Positions 46,145 through 56,796 of a stretch of DNA of 64,000 bases are shown one piece after another. The position numbers and the translations under genes are program-made. This stretch comes from Caldilineaceae bacterium (GTDB taxonomy: Bacteria; Chloroflexota; Anaerolineae; Caldilineales; Caldilineaceae), in the NCBI GenBank assembly GCA_965242905.1, contig CBDETM010000002.1:4281998-4345997 (forward strand). The letters are read 5' to 3'. The notes under the pieces were generated by a model. That model searched no databases, was not told the origin of the DNA, and saw only the letters and a program-made list of their open reading frames with translations. How positions within the stretch are numbered: position 1 is the stretch's first letter; the number at the start of each line of letters is the position of its first letter.

Positions 46145-47836
46145 ATGGTGGAGAGCAGTTTCCATCGCCCCAAGCCGAACCGGTGGAAGCAGTTCCTGCG
46201 ACGACTTCGCACCTTCATTGTAGCACAACCGCAGGCCCCGCAGACAGTGGAGCCGCCCGAAACCGGCACCTGGCTGGGGCGCTTGCGGCGTCGGCGCTCA
46301 CCACTCCGCTCCCAATTTGCGATCGCTTTGACAGTCGTTCTCGTCGGCTGCCTCTATCTGCCCCGTCGCCTCGTCGCGCCAGTGGCTTCCCAGGGGCTCA
46401 GGCCCGTTCCCGTCCCCGTGCCCGCTCCTACCTCTGCCATCGCGCTCCCCGCCGCGAGAACGCAGATACGAGACATGCATTCCGTTTCAGCGGCCGGTTC
46501 GACTCGCGTCGCCCAACAGATTCCGGCATCCCTTTCACAGGCCTCCGATCGGCCTACAGTAGAACTTGCTCCGCTCGCACCCGCAATCGCGCAAAGTCAG
46601 GATACCGGCAGTGACGACGCCGCAACCGACGTTTCTACCCAGCGGGCGCCAACTGCCAACACCACAGAATCAGTGGCTGGCCCCGCCAACATCGATCCCA
46701 TCTACCGCTACGATCCCGAGGCCTTGTCCCAGCTTGAGGCAGAAGGCGTCCTGCTCCCCGAACCCTACAGAGACGAGCTCAACCCCACGATTCGCGACGA
46801 GTTCGTTTCGAGACCGCCCATGACCGGGCTCAGCCTCCTTTACCCAATCGCCTTGAGTACACCTGTCCCGTCTGAGGACGCAGCGATGCGTTTTGCTTCC
46901 CGACCCCCTATGGGCGGACTGAATCTCCTGCGCGAAGAGATCGACAAGGCCCGCACTTCACTGTCGACTCAAGTCGAAGTAGGCGCCGATACCGGCCTGG
47001 GCCCGCGCACACCAAGCGGTCCTGGCAGCCTGTGGCCGACATTCGATCCGCCTAGCCTTATCAGCGGCGCACACTTTTGGCTCGAGCCGCCCTTTCCAGG
47101 TGGATTCAATCAACTCTACAGCCCCGGCTACCAATTCGGCAGCACCGGCGGCGGCCGCTACAGAATCCATCACGGCGTCGACATTGGCAACCCGGTCGGC
47201 ACGCCTGTTCTCGCCACCGCATCCGGCGAGGTTGTCCATGCCGGACCGGACAATCCGGAGCTTCTCGGGCCCTACAATGACTTCTACGGCAATTCCGTTG
47301 TCATCCGCCTCGATCGAAAGCTGAACACCTCTCGCGGTGAACAGGACGTCTTTGTCCTCTACGGCCATCTTGTCAGCGTAGAGGTCCAGGAAGGTCAATG
47401 GGTGGGAACCGGTGACTATCTGGGCGGCGTAGGCATGACCGGCATCGCCATCGGACCTCACCTGCACATGGAAGTCCGCATCGGGCAAAACAGTTACCTG
47501 CACACGGTCAATCCTGCCTTGTGGATGCGTCCCGCAGCCTATACCGGTACAGTCGCTGTCCGGCTCCTGTCCGCAACGGGCCGCACCTGGTCTGGCGTCC
47601 AACTCTCTCTCTACCGATATGAGGAGGCCGGAGTAAGTTGGTATCGCGTTGTTGAAACCTACCCGGAACAGGAGAGCATCGGACCGGACCCCTCCTGGGG
47701 TGAGAACGGCGCCCTGAGCCATATCCCCGTCGGAACCTATCTCTTGACCGGTTCCGTTAATGGTGAGGAAGTCAGGCAGGAGATCACAGTACGTGACGGC
47801 GAAACGACCTTTGTTGAATTGCGCACCCAGCAGTAA
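46145..47836 (+). CDS. M23 family metallopeptidase with a long low-complexity N-terminal region and one TM helix
   Basis: HHGVDIGNPVGTPVLATASGEVV and GPHLHMEVR motifs. The ATG at 46145 avoids overlap with the trmD start; the ORF is open to 46004. Confidence 0.85.
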   Translation: MVESSFHRPKPNRWKQFLRRLRTFIVAQPQAPQTVEPPETGTWLGRLRRRRSPLRSQFAIALTVVLVGCLYLPRRLVAPVASQGLRPVPVPVPAPTSAIALPAARTQIRDMHSVSAAGSTRVAQQIPASLSQASDRPTVELAPLAPAIAQSQDTGSDDAATDVSTQRAPTANTTESVAGPANIDPIYRYDPEALSQLEAEGVLLPEPYRDELNPTIRDEFVSRPPMTGLSLLYPIALSTPVPSEDAAMRFASRPPMGGLNLLREEIDKARTSLSTQVEVGADTGLGPRTPSGPGSLWPTFDPPSLISGAHFWLEPPFPGGFNQLYSPGYQFGSTGGGRYRIHHGVDIGNPVGTPVLATASGEVVHAGPDNPELLGPYNDFYGNSVVIRLDRKLNTSRGEQDVFVLYGHLVSVEVQEGQWVGTGDYLGGVGMTGIAIGPHLHMEVRIGQNSYLHTVNPALWMRPAAYTGTVAVRLLSATGRTWSGVQLSLYRYEEAGVSWYRVVETYPEQESIGPDPSWGENGALSHIPVGTYLLTGSVNGEEVRQEITVRDGETTFVELRTQQ

Positions 47837-47886
47837 ACTCGTCTCTGAAATTCAGGAACCCGCAGTCACCTCAATCTGAATCTCTC

Positions 47887-49701
47887 ATGGAATTTGCCAA
47901 GACTCTCTTCAGATTTACCATTCCCTATCGAACTCCGTTGCTGGCAACGGTCGTCAGTATGGTCCTCTTGGTAGGTGTGCAGCTTTTTGCTCCCTGGTTC
48001 ATCCGTGAACTGATCGCAACCGTCCGCACCGGGAACGCGGATGCACTCTCCTACAGCCTGATAGGTCGACTCGCCCTCTTTGCCCTGGCCATCTACGCTG
48101 CCAGAGCCGGGTTGGAATTCCTGCGCAGTTACCTGGCCCATGTGGCCGGTTGGGGTGTGGTGGCCGATGTTCGTGTCGCAATCTACCGGCATCTGCAACG
48201 GCTGTCTTTGCACTATTACGAAGACAAGCAGACCGGCCAGTTGATGTCACGCGTGGTCAACGACTCTGATCTGCTTGAAAAATTGATCGCCCACGCCGTC
48301 CCCGACGTGCTCGTAAACGTGCTCACCCTGGTTGGCGTCAGTACCATGCTGCTCATCATGAACGCACAGCTGACGCTACTGACACTGGTTCCCATACCAC
48401 TGATCGTCCTGGCAATGCGAGGCTTTGCCAAGTATGTACGCCCAGCCTTTCGCGAGCGCCAGGCCGAGTTGGGTGAACTCAACGCAATCCTGCAGGATAA
48501 CCTCTCCGGCATTCGCGAGATTAAGACCTTCACCCGTGAAAGGACGGAGTCAGAGCGAATCGGCGTCCGCATCGATAACTACAAACGCTCCCTTCTGCAC
48601 GCCCTCAGGTTGCTGGCCACCTTTGAGCCCTTTGTCCACTTCGCTTCGGCCCTCGGCGTCGTTGTCGTTATCTATTTCGGCGGCAGACTGGCCCTGGGCG
48701 GCGAACTGCCGATCGAGGACCTCGTCGCCTTCTTCCTCTACCTGGAATTGTTCTACCAGCCGGTGCGCCATCTGAGCCATGCCTGGGAGGCAATCCAGGA
48801 AGCACTGGCCGGAGCGGAGCGTGTTAGCGAACTGCTCCATGAGGAGCCGGACATTGTTGACCGGCCTGGCGCTTTGGAGTACCCAGGGCGGGCGCAGGGA
48901 AACATTCTCTTTGAGAATGTCAGCTTCTCCTACCTGACCGACCGACCCATTCTACGCAACATTGAACTGGATATTCCCGCCGGGTCCGTGGCCGCTCTGG
49001 TTGGACCGACCGGCGTGGGCAAGAGTACACTGGCAAGCCTCGTCCCCCGCTTCTACGATGTGAACGAAGGCCGGATTTCGCTGGATGGGCATGACATCCG
49101 CGACCTGACGATGGAGAGTCTGCGCAGGCAGATCAGCATCGTCCTGCAGGACGTCTTCCTGTTCCACGGCTCAGTACGTGACAATATCCTCTTTGGAAGG
49201 CCGGGCGCAAGTGACCAAGAGATGGAGGAGGCGGCCCGCGTCGCCAACGCCGTCGAGTTTATCGACAAGCTGCCTGATGGTTACGATACCTTGATCGGCG
49301 AAAGGGGCGTGAAGCTCTCCGGCGGCCAGAAACAACGCCTCGCCATCGCTCGTGCCATTCTCAAGGACGCCCCCATTCTGATCCTCGACGAGGCGACCTC
49401 TTCAGTGGACACGGAAACGGAGCAGCTGATTCAGCAGGCGCTCGAACGCCTGATGGCCGGTCGAACGACCTTAATGATTGCCCACCGCCTTTCCACAATC
49501 CGTAACGCCGACCAAATCGTCGTGCTGCAGGACGAGGGCATCGCCGAACAGGGCAACCATGACGAACTGATGGCGACCGACGGCATCTACCGCCATCTCA
49601 ATCTTGTACAGTCCCGCCTGAATGCGCAGGAGCAGGAGCCGGTAGTCGAACAACAGCTGGAGTGGACCTCCTCTGTCCGCCCCCTACCCGTCACCGTCTG
49701 A
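47887..49701 (+). CDS. ABC transporter ATP-binding/permease fusion (MsbA-like exporter)
   Basis: Six-TM N-domain. Walker A GPTGVGKST, signature LSGGQKQRLAIARA, Walker B ILILDEATS. Confidence 0.92.
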   Translation: MEFAKTLFRFTIPYRTPLLATVVSMVLLVGVQLFAPWFIRELIATVRTGNADALSYSLIGRLALFALAIYAARAGLEFLRSYLAHVAGWGVVADVRVAIYRHLQRLSLHYYEDKQTGQLMSRVVNDSDLLEKLIAHAVPDVLVNVLTLVGVSTMLLIMNAQLTLLTLVPIPLIVLAMRGFAKYVRPAFRERQAELGELNAILQDNLSGIREIKTFTRERTESERIGVRIDNYKRSLLHALRLLATFEPFVHFASALGVVVVIYFGGRLALGGELPIEDLVAFFLYLELFYQPVRHLSHAWEAIQEALAGAERVSELLHEEPDIVDRPGALEYPGRAQGNILFENVSFSYLTDRPILRNIELDIPAGSVAALVGPTGVGKSTLASLVPRFYDVNEGRISLDGHDIRDLTMESLRRQISIVLQDVFLFHGSVRDNILFGRPGASDQEMEEAARVANAVEFIDKLPDGYDTLIGERGVKLSGGQKQRLAIARAILKDAPILILDEATSSVDTETEQLIQQALERLMAGRTTLMIAHRLSTIRNADQIVVLQDEGIAEQGNHDELMATDGIYRHLNLVQSRLNAQEQEPVVEQQLEWTSSVRPLPVTV

Positions 49702-50532
49702 GTCGAGCAGGCGGCGCAGATTCTCACCCATGATCAGCGCTTGGTCCGCCTCCCCTATGAAGCTGCAATGGCTTCGGAAGCACTCGATCGCCTGTGGGTA
49801 CGTCATATTGCGCAAGCAGACGGGATAGTCGGAACCCCAATACAGCCGCTCGGGACCAAACGTGTCGTAAAGAGGTCGCACGATTTCCCTGATCGAGTCC
49901 GCGTAAGGGAAGTCCCAGAACCCCTGCTTTGTCGAATAGTAGAACCCGGAAACCTTGATTCCCATGTTGGCATAGCGCGCGGAGGCCAGAACCTGTTCCA
50001 GCCTCTCCTTCTCACCCACCCTCGGGTGCCCCAAATGGTGGACAAAAATGGTCAACTGCGGAAAGCACTCGGCGACCCTGTGCAGCGCAGCGTGATGATG
50101 CGGCGAGCAGGCAATACTGGCAATCAGGCCCAGCTCAGCCGCCGTTCCAAAAAACGCCAGCCCGTCCTCGCCGTACAGCCAGCTGCCGTCGTCGTCCGGC
50201 TTCATGTAATGAGTGAAAGCCTGCAGCGACCACCGCTCAGCAGCCTGCCGTAGCCGGTCAGCCGCCCCCGGCGTGTGATAAGTTTCCGACCAGCTGCAAT
50301 CTACGTCCGCCACCTGGCGAATTCGCCCGGAATATAAGCTGCTCATCCGGGCGATATATTCATTGTTGTGCGGATTGTGCTCGATCCCGGCGCAGACCAG
50401 AAATGCCTGGTCCACGCCGTTCAAGTCCATTTCGTTCAGTAGCTGCTCGAACCGGCCCTTGCCGTGAAAGTCCGGCACCGGCGGCTCGTACGGCCAGCGT
50501 TCCCAGGCGTGGCAATGACTGTCGATTATCAT
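49684..50532 (-). CDS. amidohydrolase-2 family protein (lactonase/decarboxylase-type TIM barrel)
   Basis: MIIDSHCHAWERW start and typical PF04909-like HxH. 282 aa. Confidence 0.78.
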   Translation of the reverse strand: MIIDSHCHAWERWPYEPPVPDFHGKGRFEQLLNEMDLNGVDQAFLVCAGIEHNPHNNEYIARMSSLYSGRIRQVADVDCSWSETYHTPGAADRLRQAAERWSLQAFTHYMKPDDDGSWLYGEDGLAFFGTAAELGLIASIACSPHHHAALHRVAECFPQLTIFVHHLGHPRVGEKERLEQVLASARYANMGIKVSGFYYSTKQGFWDFPYADSIREIVRPLYDTFGPERLYWGSDYPVCLRNMTYPQAIECFRSHCSFIGEADQALIMGENLRRLLDSDGDG

Positions 50533-50536
50533 TGTC

Positions 50537-51400
50537 TTACTTCATCACGCCCGCGAAAACCGGCTTCTCGAGAATCGTCTGAGTCTCGTAGATCGAACCC
50601 CCGCGTAAAGCCTCCGGCAAAGGCATCAACACCGGCACATCCGCCAGCCGCGGACGGTTGCACGGTTCGCCGCGCAGAACCGATTCCGCATAGGCCTCCC
50701 AATTGGAGTAACCCATTAGATGCCAGGAGTCCACGGCACAGTACTGGTAAAGCAGCAGTCTCCGCGGACGCGTGGAGACGTTCTTCGCCGAAGCATGCAA
50801 CGTCCGCACATGGTGGATCGAGATGCCGCCGGCCTCCAATTCTATCGGCACTGCCTTGTCCGCGTCCGGCACCTCAACCGTAACCGCGCCGGCAAAGTGT
50901 CCGTCCTGATGATGCGTGTAAACCGGGCCCTTATGCGAACCGGGAATCACAAGCAGGCAGCCGTTCTCGTACATCATATCGTCCATGCAGACACCGACGG
51001 CCAGCAAGTCATCATTCGTATGCGGATAGAATGCCCAGTCCTGATGCCACTCGACAGGGCTGCCGTATTCCGGTGACTTCATATTCAGCTTATTGCCATT
51101 CGTCCTCAGACCCGGCCCCACAAGCTGCTCGGCAATGTCGAGGATGCCCGGGTGCCTCAGGCATTCTTCGTACACCTTGTGCTGCACAACCGGGTCCTTG
51201 AGTCTGCGTAGCTTGGGCGATTCCGGCGTGTGTCCCGGCTCCAGGTCAAATACATCGGTATGTTCAGTGACGCTGGCGCTGAGCTGGACGAATTCATCGG
51301 TTACCCGCCGCAAGTCCGCCACCTCATCTGCTGAAAGGACGCCGTCCACGCCCAGATAGCCGTTTTCGTGATAAAAGTCGATCTGTTGTCGGGTCAGCAT
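50537..51400 (-). CDS. phytanoyl-CoA dioxygenase (PhyH) family Fe(II)/2-oxoglutarate oxygenase
   Basis: LTRQQIDFYHENGYLGVDGVLS start and the WHQDWAFYP metal motif. Confidence 0.82.
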   Translation of the reverse strand: MLTRQQIDFYHENGYLGVDGVLSADEVADLRRVTDEFVQLSASVTEHTDVFDLEPGHTPESPKLRRLKDPVVQHKVYEECLRHPGILDIAEQLVGPGLRTNGNKLNMKSPEYGSPVEWHQDWAFYPHTNDDLLAVGVCMDDMMYENGCLLVIPGSHKGPVYTHHQDGHFAGAVTVEVPDADKAVPIELEAGGISIHHVRTLHASAKNVSTRPRRLLLYQYCAVDSWHLMGYSNWEAYAESVLRGEPCNRPRLADVPVLMPLPEALRGGSIYETQTILEKPVFAGVMK

Positions 51401-51468
51401 GTTGTTGCTCCTTAGTGGGTAGGAAAGGCGAGCAGAGCTATAATTTCATCTTTGGCACGGTTCTTTAC

Positions 51469-52632
51469 TCAAAAATAGGGTTCAATCCACTCTTCTTGTA
51501 TCTCAAGCCCGAATCCTGGCGCATCGGTGGGCACCAGCCAGCCGTCCTCTGCCACAGCCTGCCCGGGAATGCCCGCCGACTCCTCCAATGGTACCCCCGG
51601 CGCGGACCCGATGAAGTATTCCAACCACGGGACGCAGGCAATGGCATGGGTGAAATGCTGGCCAAAGGGATTCCTCCCGCCTCCGTGCAGGATCACCTTC
51701 TTACCGGCGGCGTCCGCGGCATTTGCGATCTTCAGACATGTGCTCAGGCCGCCTACCCAGTTGATGTCCGGTTGCAGAATGTCGACGACATTGTGCCGTA
51801 GCGCCCACTGAAATGGCATGTGTGTATACCAGTGTTCCCCCGTGCTCAGCGTCTGCCAGGGAATGTGCTCCCGCACCTCAACATGGCCGTCCAGGTCCTC
51901 CGAGAGCAAACACTCCTCCATCCACTTGAGCCGGTAGGGGCGCAGCGTTTCCGCCAGTCTCACCGTGTACTCAATATCGAAAGCCATCCAGCAGTCCAGC
52001 ATCAGCTCGGCTTCGTCACCGACCAGTTCCCTCGCTTCGGCCACCATCTGCTCGTTCTTGCGCAGGCCGTCCAATCCGTCCGCAGGACCATACGGGCATG
52101 CCAGCTTGAACGCCTTGAAGCCCAACTCTTTGTACCAGTCCAAATCGTTCCCGGTCGAATAGCAGAACTGCTTCTCCTTCTGCGGCCCACCGATAAGACT
52201 GTAAACCGGTCGGCCCAGCAACTTGCCCTTGGCATCCCATAGTGCCAAATCCACGGCGCTGACAGCATAGGCAGCCAGTCCCACCGAACCGTAAGGCTTT
52301 GTCATGCGGAACATCATGTCCGCCAACTTCTGAACTGCCAGACCGTCTTCGCCAATCAGATTAGGTGCAATGTGATCGTCAATTATGGCCGCGGCCACCC
52401 GCCCATTGTCGGTCAGACCCAGCCCCCAGGTACCATCCTCCAAAGTAACTTTGCACCACACCGGTCCCCAGCGATTGGGAGTCCAGAGACTGCGATGCCG
52501 CTTGACTTTCGGGTACCAGGACATCGGGTTGGCGACTTCGGCCGTCTCCGCCCAGCCCTTCCGTCGAGGCTCCGTCCTTTGCTCACGAGCGGGGAAATTG
52601 ACGCGAACCGCCTGAATCTCAGTGATTTTCAT
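51469..52632 (-). CDS. enolase-superfamily sugar-acid dehydratase (mandelate racemase/rhamnonate dehydratase-like)
   Basis: MKITEIQAVRV..., AVSAVDLALWDAKGKLLGRPVYSLIGG, and the metal-ligand region ...MLDCWMAF...WMEE... Confidence 0.82.
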   Translation of the reverse strand: MKITEIQAVRVNFPAREQRTEPRRKGWAETAEVANPMSWYPKVKRHRSLWTPNRWGPVWCKVTLEDGTWGLGLTDNGRVAAAIIDDHIAPNLIGEDGLAVQKLADMMFRMTKPYGSVGLAAYAVSAVDLALWDAKGKLLGRPVYSLIGGPQKEKQFCYSTGNDLDWYKELGFKAFKLACPYGPADGLDGLRKNEQMVAEARELVGDEAELMLDCWMAFDIEYTVRLAETLRPYRLKWMEECLLSEDLDGHVEVREHIPWQTLSTGEHWYTHMPFQWALRHNVVDILQPDINWVGGLSTCLKIANAADAAGKKVILHGGGRNPFGQHFTHAIACVPWLEYFIGSAPGVPLEESAGIPGQAVAEDGWLVPTDAPGFGLEIQEEWIEPYF

Positions 52633-52738
52633 GGCAATCGGTCTCCACGTTACTGGAGCGGTCCAGGTGACTGGATTCGCTCAAAGGTCGTGTCAGCTGC
52701 CCGTCCTGTGTTGAAACACACTAAGGACGCAGAATCTC

Positions 52739-53572
52739 TTACCCATTCTCACCGCCGGCGTCCATCTCCTCTTGCAGCAGCCGAAGCAGTGCTCGACGCT
52801 CTTCGTAATTGAGGCCCGCCAGCCTCTCTTCCGGGCTAAGGCCTGCCAGCCTCTCTTCGGGCGTTCCAGTTTCGAATATTAGTTCACGTATTCTCATGCC
52901 GTACTCCATCACTTTCTCTGGAGTCAACACCTCCGCCATGCTCAACTCTCCTTTCACATTGAGGGTCTGGCTCAGACCAAGAACATAGGCGTGCAATTCC
53001 ATCGATTCTGCAAAAACATGTCTATCCAGCGAGGCAAATCCTGCTTCTCTTTCCTGCTTTCGGCTGGCGAAGAGCTTGACGATGGCATTATTCGAATCCG
53101 CCGGAAGTCGATTCAGCGCAAGAAGCATTACGCGTCCCACAAAGGGGAGGTTCGTACGAAAAACACCTCTCTGCGACTCTTTGAATCGCCATTTTGCCAG
53201 CCGGCTCCTCTGAGGTGTCTTGGCGCTCAGCACAACGGGCAGCGTCTGTCTCCTCGAAAGTCTCTGCACCTGGCGGTAGAAGAGGTCATAGGCAGCTGCC
53301 TGGAGGATCCCATCCTCGGTTACCGATTCAGTGTACTTGAACTCAAGGAGGATATGAGCAGCCGAACTGTCGCGTATTCCGTCCGGCAGTCGCGCCCGCT
53401 GCGCTTTCGTCCAAGCCGTGCCCTCCCGCCGCAAGAGCAGAATGTCCACTCTGGGCGACTCGCTCAGAATGCTCGACTCCGTCGTAACATTCACCTGGAC
53501 CGCCGCCAGGCTCAGTCGCATGCCCGAGCCCAGAAGCCGGTGGTACTGCACTCGCGCTGCGTCGTCAGCCAT
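52739..53572 (-). CDS. PD-(D/E)XK nuclease-like protein with C-terminal PEERLAGL repeats (DUF4351-like tail)
   Basis: VDILLL ... HILLEFKY spacing fits a D...ExK nuclease core. The tail reads TPEERLAGLSPEERLAGLNYEERRALL. Confidence 0.4.
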   Translation of the reverse strand: MADDAARVQYHRLLGSGMRLSLAAVQVNVTTESSILSESPRVDILLLRREGTAWTKAQRARLPDGIRDSSAAHILLEFKYTESVTEDGILQAAAYDLFYRQVQRLSRRQTLPVVLSAKTPQRSRLAKWRFKESQRGVFRTNLPFVGRVMLLALNRLPADSNNAIVKLFASRKQEREAGFASLDRHVFAESMELHAYVLGLSQTLNVKGELSMAEVLTPEKVMEYGMRIRELIFETGTPEERLAGLSPEERLAGLNYEERRALLRLLQEEMDAGGENG

Positions 53573-53815
53573 GATTGGGGGACATATGGCTCAAATCGCG
53601 ATTCTATTCCGCTGAGTCGCTGGCCGGCTCTCAGCCTTCGGCACGCCGCACCGGGTAGAAGGGCTCCGCTTCTTCTATCTTGGCTTGCCGACCGCGGACT
53701 TCCTTGGCGGCTCCAATCCGCGCCTAAACGGTACTTGATTTACCGGGAGATGTCAAAGCCCACGCGCGCAGCAATCTCCTCGTCTTACCGTATTCGGCAG
53801 CGGTTCCCCACTGAA

Positions 53816-53844
53816 GGGACAGAATTGCCAAACTGCGATATAAT
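53816..53844 (+). promoter_or_regulatory. possible promoter GGGACA-N17-TATAAT for the phosphotransferase gene
   Basis: Perfect -10 at 53839-53844 and a weak -35 at 53816-53821. The ATG lies 71 nt downstream. Confidence 0.35.
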
Positions 53845-53914
53845 CGCCCGAAATACAGCGGCTGATTCCGTGTCCCGCGCTGTGCACACTATCTCGCCAT
53901 CCTGCCCCATATCA

Positions 53915-54976
53915 ATGACTTCCAAGCACCCTTCAGATACAATCAGCGTTCGCGCCGATGAGCGTTTTGACGATCAAGCCGTCGAGGCGTTCCTGCGCGG
54001 CAAGCTGCCCGGTACTGAAAATCCCTTATCTGTGCGCCAATTTGGCGGCGGCGCGGCCAACCTCACCTATCTGCTTAACTACGGCACCCACGAGTACGTC
54101 TTGCGTCGCCCTCCCCTGGGCCCGGTGGCCCCCTCAGCCCATGACATGGCCAGAGAGTCGAAAGTGCTTCTTCGGCTCTGGAAACTGTACCCCTCAGCTC
54201 CCAGGGCCTACCTCTTCTCCGATGACGAGTCAATCGTCGGCGCACCCTTCTTCGTGATGGAGCGACGCAAAGGCATCGTCGTCCGAGAGTCCCTTCCCCC
54301 TGTCTATGACGCTTGGAGCGACGCCCCCGCCCGCATGAGCATTGCCCTTGTCGAGGCGCTCTCCGACCTCCACGCCGTCGACTACGAAACTATCGGTCTG
54401 GGTGAACTGGGTCGACCCTCTGGATTCATCAGGAGACAGATCGAGGGTTGGTGGCGGCGCTGGCAGGCTGCCAGGCTGGAGGAGCTGCCAGCCATGGACG
54501 CAGTCTATGACTGGCTATGCGCCAATGAACCCCCTGAAACTTCGCCTTCGCTCGTCCACAACGACTACAAGCTGGATAACGTGATGCTTGCCCCCGATGA
54601 CCCGGGCCGCATCGTTGCCGTCTTTGACTGGGACATGTGCACGCTCGGCGATCCCCTCTCGGACGTCGGCGCTCTGCTGGCCTGGTGGTGCCTGCCCGAC
54701 GATCCGCCCCACTTCAGAACGATGGCAATGATGCCCATTGACGACCGCTTCGTGCGCCGCGAGGACCTCGTAGCCCACTATGCTGCACACAGCGGCCGCG
54801 ACTTGTCCGACATTCACTTCTACCATGCGCTCAGCCTGTTCAGGGTGACCGTCATTATCGCCCAGATCTATGTCCGCTACGTGCGCGGCCAAACGCAGGA
54901 TCAACGCTTCGCCGCCTTCGGCCCGCGCATCCCCGCCGCGGCCCAAGCCGCCCTCGAAGTTATCAAGGGCCACTGA
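53915..54976 (+). CDS. phosphotransferase family protein (APH / ACAD10-11 N-terminal kinase-like)
   Basis: [13 protein letters not shown], catalytic loop [11 protein letters not shown], and [15 protein letters not shown]. The upstream 308 codons of the 661-aa ORF are antisense to the neighbouring gene and are rejected. Confidence 0.82.
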   Translation: MTSKHPSDTISVRADERFDDQAVEAFLRGKLPGTENPLSVRQFGGGAANLTYLLNYGTHEYVLRRPPLGPVAPSAHDMARESKVLLRLWKLYPSAPRAYLFSDDESIVGAPFFVMERRKGIVVRESLPPVYDAWSDAPARMSIALVEALSDLHAVDYETIGLGELGRPSGFIRRQIEGWWRRWQAARLEELPAMDAVYDWLCANEPPETSPSLVHNDYKLDNVMLAPDDPGRIVAVFDWDMCTLGDPLSDVGALLAWWCLPDDPPHFRTMAMMPIDDRFVRREDLVAHYAAHSGRDLSDIHFYHALSLFRVTVIIAQIYVRYVRGQTQDQRFAAFGPRIPAAAQAALEVIKGH

Positions 54977-55101
54977 AATCGCGAGATTTGCCTCAGATTT
55001 TCGCATCCATACGATACACAGGATTGACGCCGAGTTGCGGACTGACTATCATATTCCGCAAGACAGACCACCTTTTAACCTACTCGGAAGGAGCAATTAA
55101 C

Positions 55102-56355
55102 GTGCAGGAACATAAAGTCTCAATGCTGGGCACCGGCCTGATCGGCATGTTCTACACAATGGCTCTCAATGGCGGCAGGGGCAGAGACCGAGTGCAGCTC
55201 GTCTACTCCCGAACGGAAGAAAGAGCAAAAGCTTTCGCGGCCGAATGGGACATCCCCGCCTGGACAACTGATCTGACCGAAGCCTGTACTTCAGACGACA
55301 TCGACACCGTCGTCATCGGCCTGCCCAATCACATCCACGAAGAGTGCGTAGACCTCGCCGCCGCCGCCGGCAAGGCGATTCTCTGCACCAAGCCCCTCGG
55401 ACGCACCGCAGCCGAAGCAAAGCGCATGATGGACAAAGTTGAAGAAACCGGCGTCTTCGGCGGCTATCTCGAAGACCTCTGCTACACGCCCAAGACGCTG
55501 AAGGCCATCGCCTCCGTCGAGGAGGGTGCCCTCGGCCACGTAACCTGGGCCTGCTCCCGCGAGACACACCCCGGCCCCCACAGCGACTGGTTCTGGGATC
55601 TCGAACAGGCCGGCGGCGGCGCAATCGTTGACCTCGGCTGCCACTGCATCGAAATCGTCCGCAGCTTCATCGGCAAAGACATCCGCCCCGTCGAAGTCAT
55701 GTGCTGGGCCGACACCCTCGTCCACCCCATCGACGCCGAAGACAACGGTATCGCCCTCATCCGCTTCGAAAACGGTGCCATCGGCCAGTTCGAAGTCAGC
55801 TGGTCCTTCCGCGGCGGCATGGACCTGCGCGACGAAGTCGCCGGCACCGAGGGCACCATCTGGCTCAATCACTTCCTGCGTACCGGCTACGAAATGTATA
55901 CCAGCGGCGCCGGCGCCGGCTACGTCGCCGAGAAGGCCGAGTCCGAAAGCGGTTGGCTCTTCCCGGTCGGCGACGAGGTCGTCGAGCTCGGCTACAGCGA
56001 CATGTTTGACGACATGTTCAGCTCCCTCGACCAGGGCACCGAACCCAGAGAGACCTTCTACGACGGCTACGTCGTCAACGCCGTCATCGACGCCTGTTAC
56101 CGCTCCGCCTCCTCCCGTCAATGGGAACCGGTGCAGCTCGAAGTCTGGCGAGGCCGCGAAAACGTCCCCCTCATCCGCGACAGCCGCGGTCAGCAGGCCC
56201 CCGCCGCAGTCGAACCTGACCCTGCCGAAGCCCTCGCCGCCGCCGCCGGTCTGACAATCCTCAAACAGGAACGAATGCCGGGCGGCCAGATCAAGGTCAT
56301 CATGAAGAACGAAGAGACCGGCGAGCTCAGCCAGGAAATCATCGAGAATGCATAA
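55102..56355 (+). CDS. Gfo/Idh/MocA family oxidoreductase with a C-terminal extension
   Basis: The GTG at 55102 follows GGAAGGAG at 8-nt spacing. [13 protein letters not shown] Rossmann start and the CTKPLG (EKP-like) block. Confidence 0.85.
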   Translation: MQEHKVSMLGTGLIGMFYTMALNGGRGRDRVQLVYSRTEERAKAFAAEWDIPAWTTDLTEACTSDDIDTVVIGLPNHIHEECVDLAAAAGKAILCTKPLGRTAAEAKRMMDKVEETGVFGGYLEDLCYTPKTLKAIASVEEGALGHVTWACSRETHPGPHSDWFWDLEQAGGGAIVDLGCHCIEIVRSFIGKDIRPVEVMCWADTLVHPIDAEDNGIALIRFENGAIGQFEVSWSFRGGMDLRDEVAGTEGTIWLNHFLRTGYEMYTSGAGAGYVAEKAESESGWLFPVGDEVVELGYSDMFDDMFSSLDQGTEPRETFYDGYVVNAVIDACYRSASSRQWEPVQLEVWRGRENVPLIRDSRGQQAPAAVEPDPAEALAAAAGLTILKQERMPGGQIKVIMKNEETGELSQEIIENA

Positions 56356-56410
56356 TGCCTATCTCCCCGCCAGACGCCATTCATGATTCAGCCAGGCCAA
56401 ACGTGTTTCT

Positions 56411-56764
56411 ACTCCTATCTCAACTTCAACCCTATCGCCTATCATTCGTTTCTTTTGCTGACCACTAACCACTGACTACTGCAGTTGGGCGGTCGGGCCT
56501 ATTCGGCCCTCCCTTGTGCGGGGGCTCCGCCCCCGCAACGCCCCCTCTCCTAAAACCGCCCGCCGCAGAGAGTGTGTGGGCAATTCGACCTTGACGACCC
56601 GCTGCGACCCGCGCCTCCCCCGCCTGGTGGCTAGTTCCGAATATGTGCCAGCGCAGGCAAGGCAACTCCCAAATATCCCCAACGTTCACTGCTATGAACA
56701 TCAAGAGCCCGCTACAGAAATACTGACGGTACATTCCCCCCAGGCAGACCGCACCTTGTACATC
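56411..56764. repeat. dispersed modular intergenic repeat, B-type copy (heptamer tract 56458-56484, invariant core 56487-56551)
   Basis: The core is identical to the 27385-27449 and 44618-44682 copies. The arms align with 27306-27677. Confidence 0.9.
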
Positions 56765-56796
56765 CCTTAGTATTTTCAAGAGCTTAGTCCCTTCCG

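Noticed and set aside
52991-53914. Upstream 308 codons of the 661-aa plus-strand ORF that ends as the phosphotransferase.
   Set aside because: This part is antisense to the PD-(D/E)XK-like gene and crosses an intergenic region. It has no kinase-related sequence. The recognisable APH-type domain begins right after the ATG at 53915.
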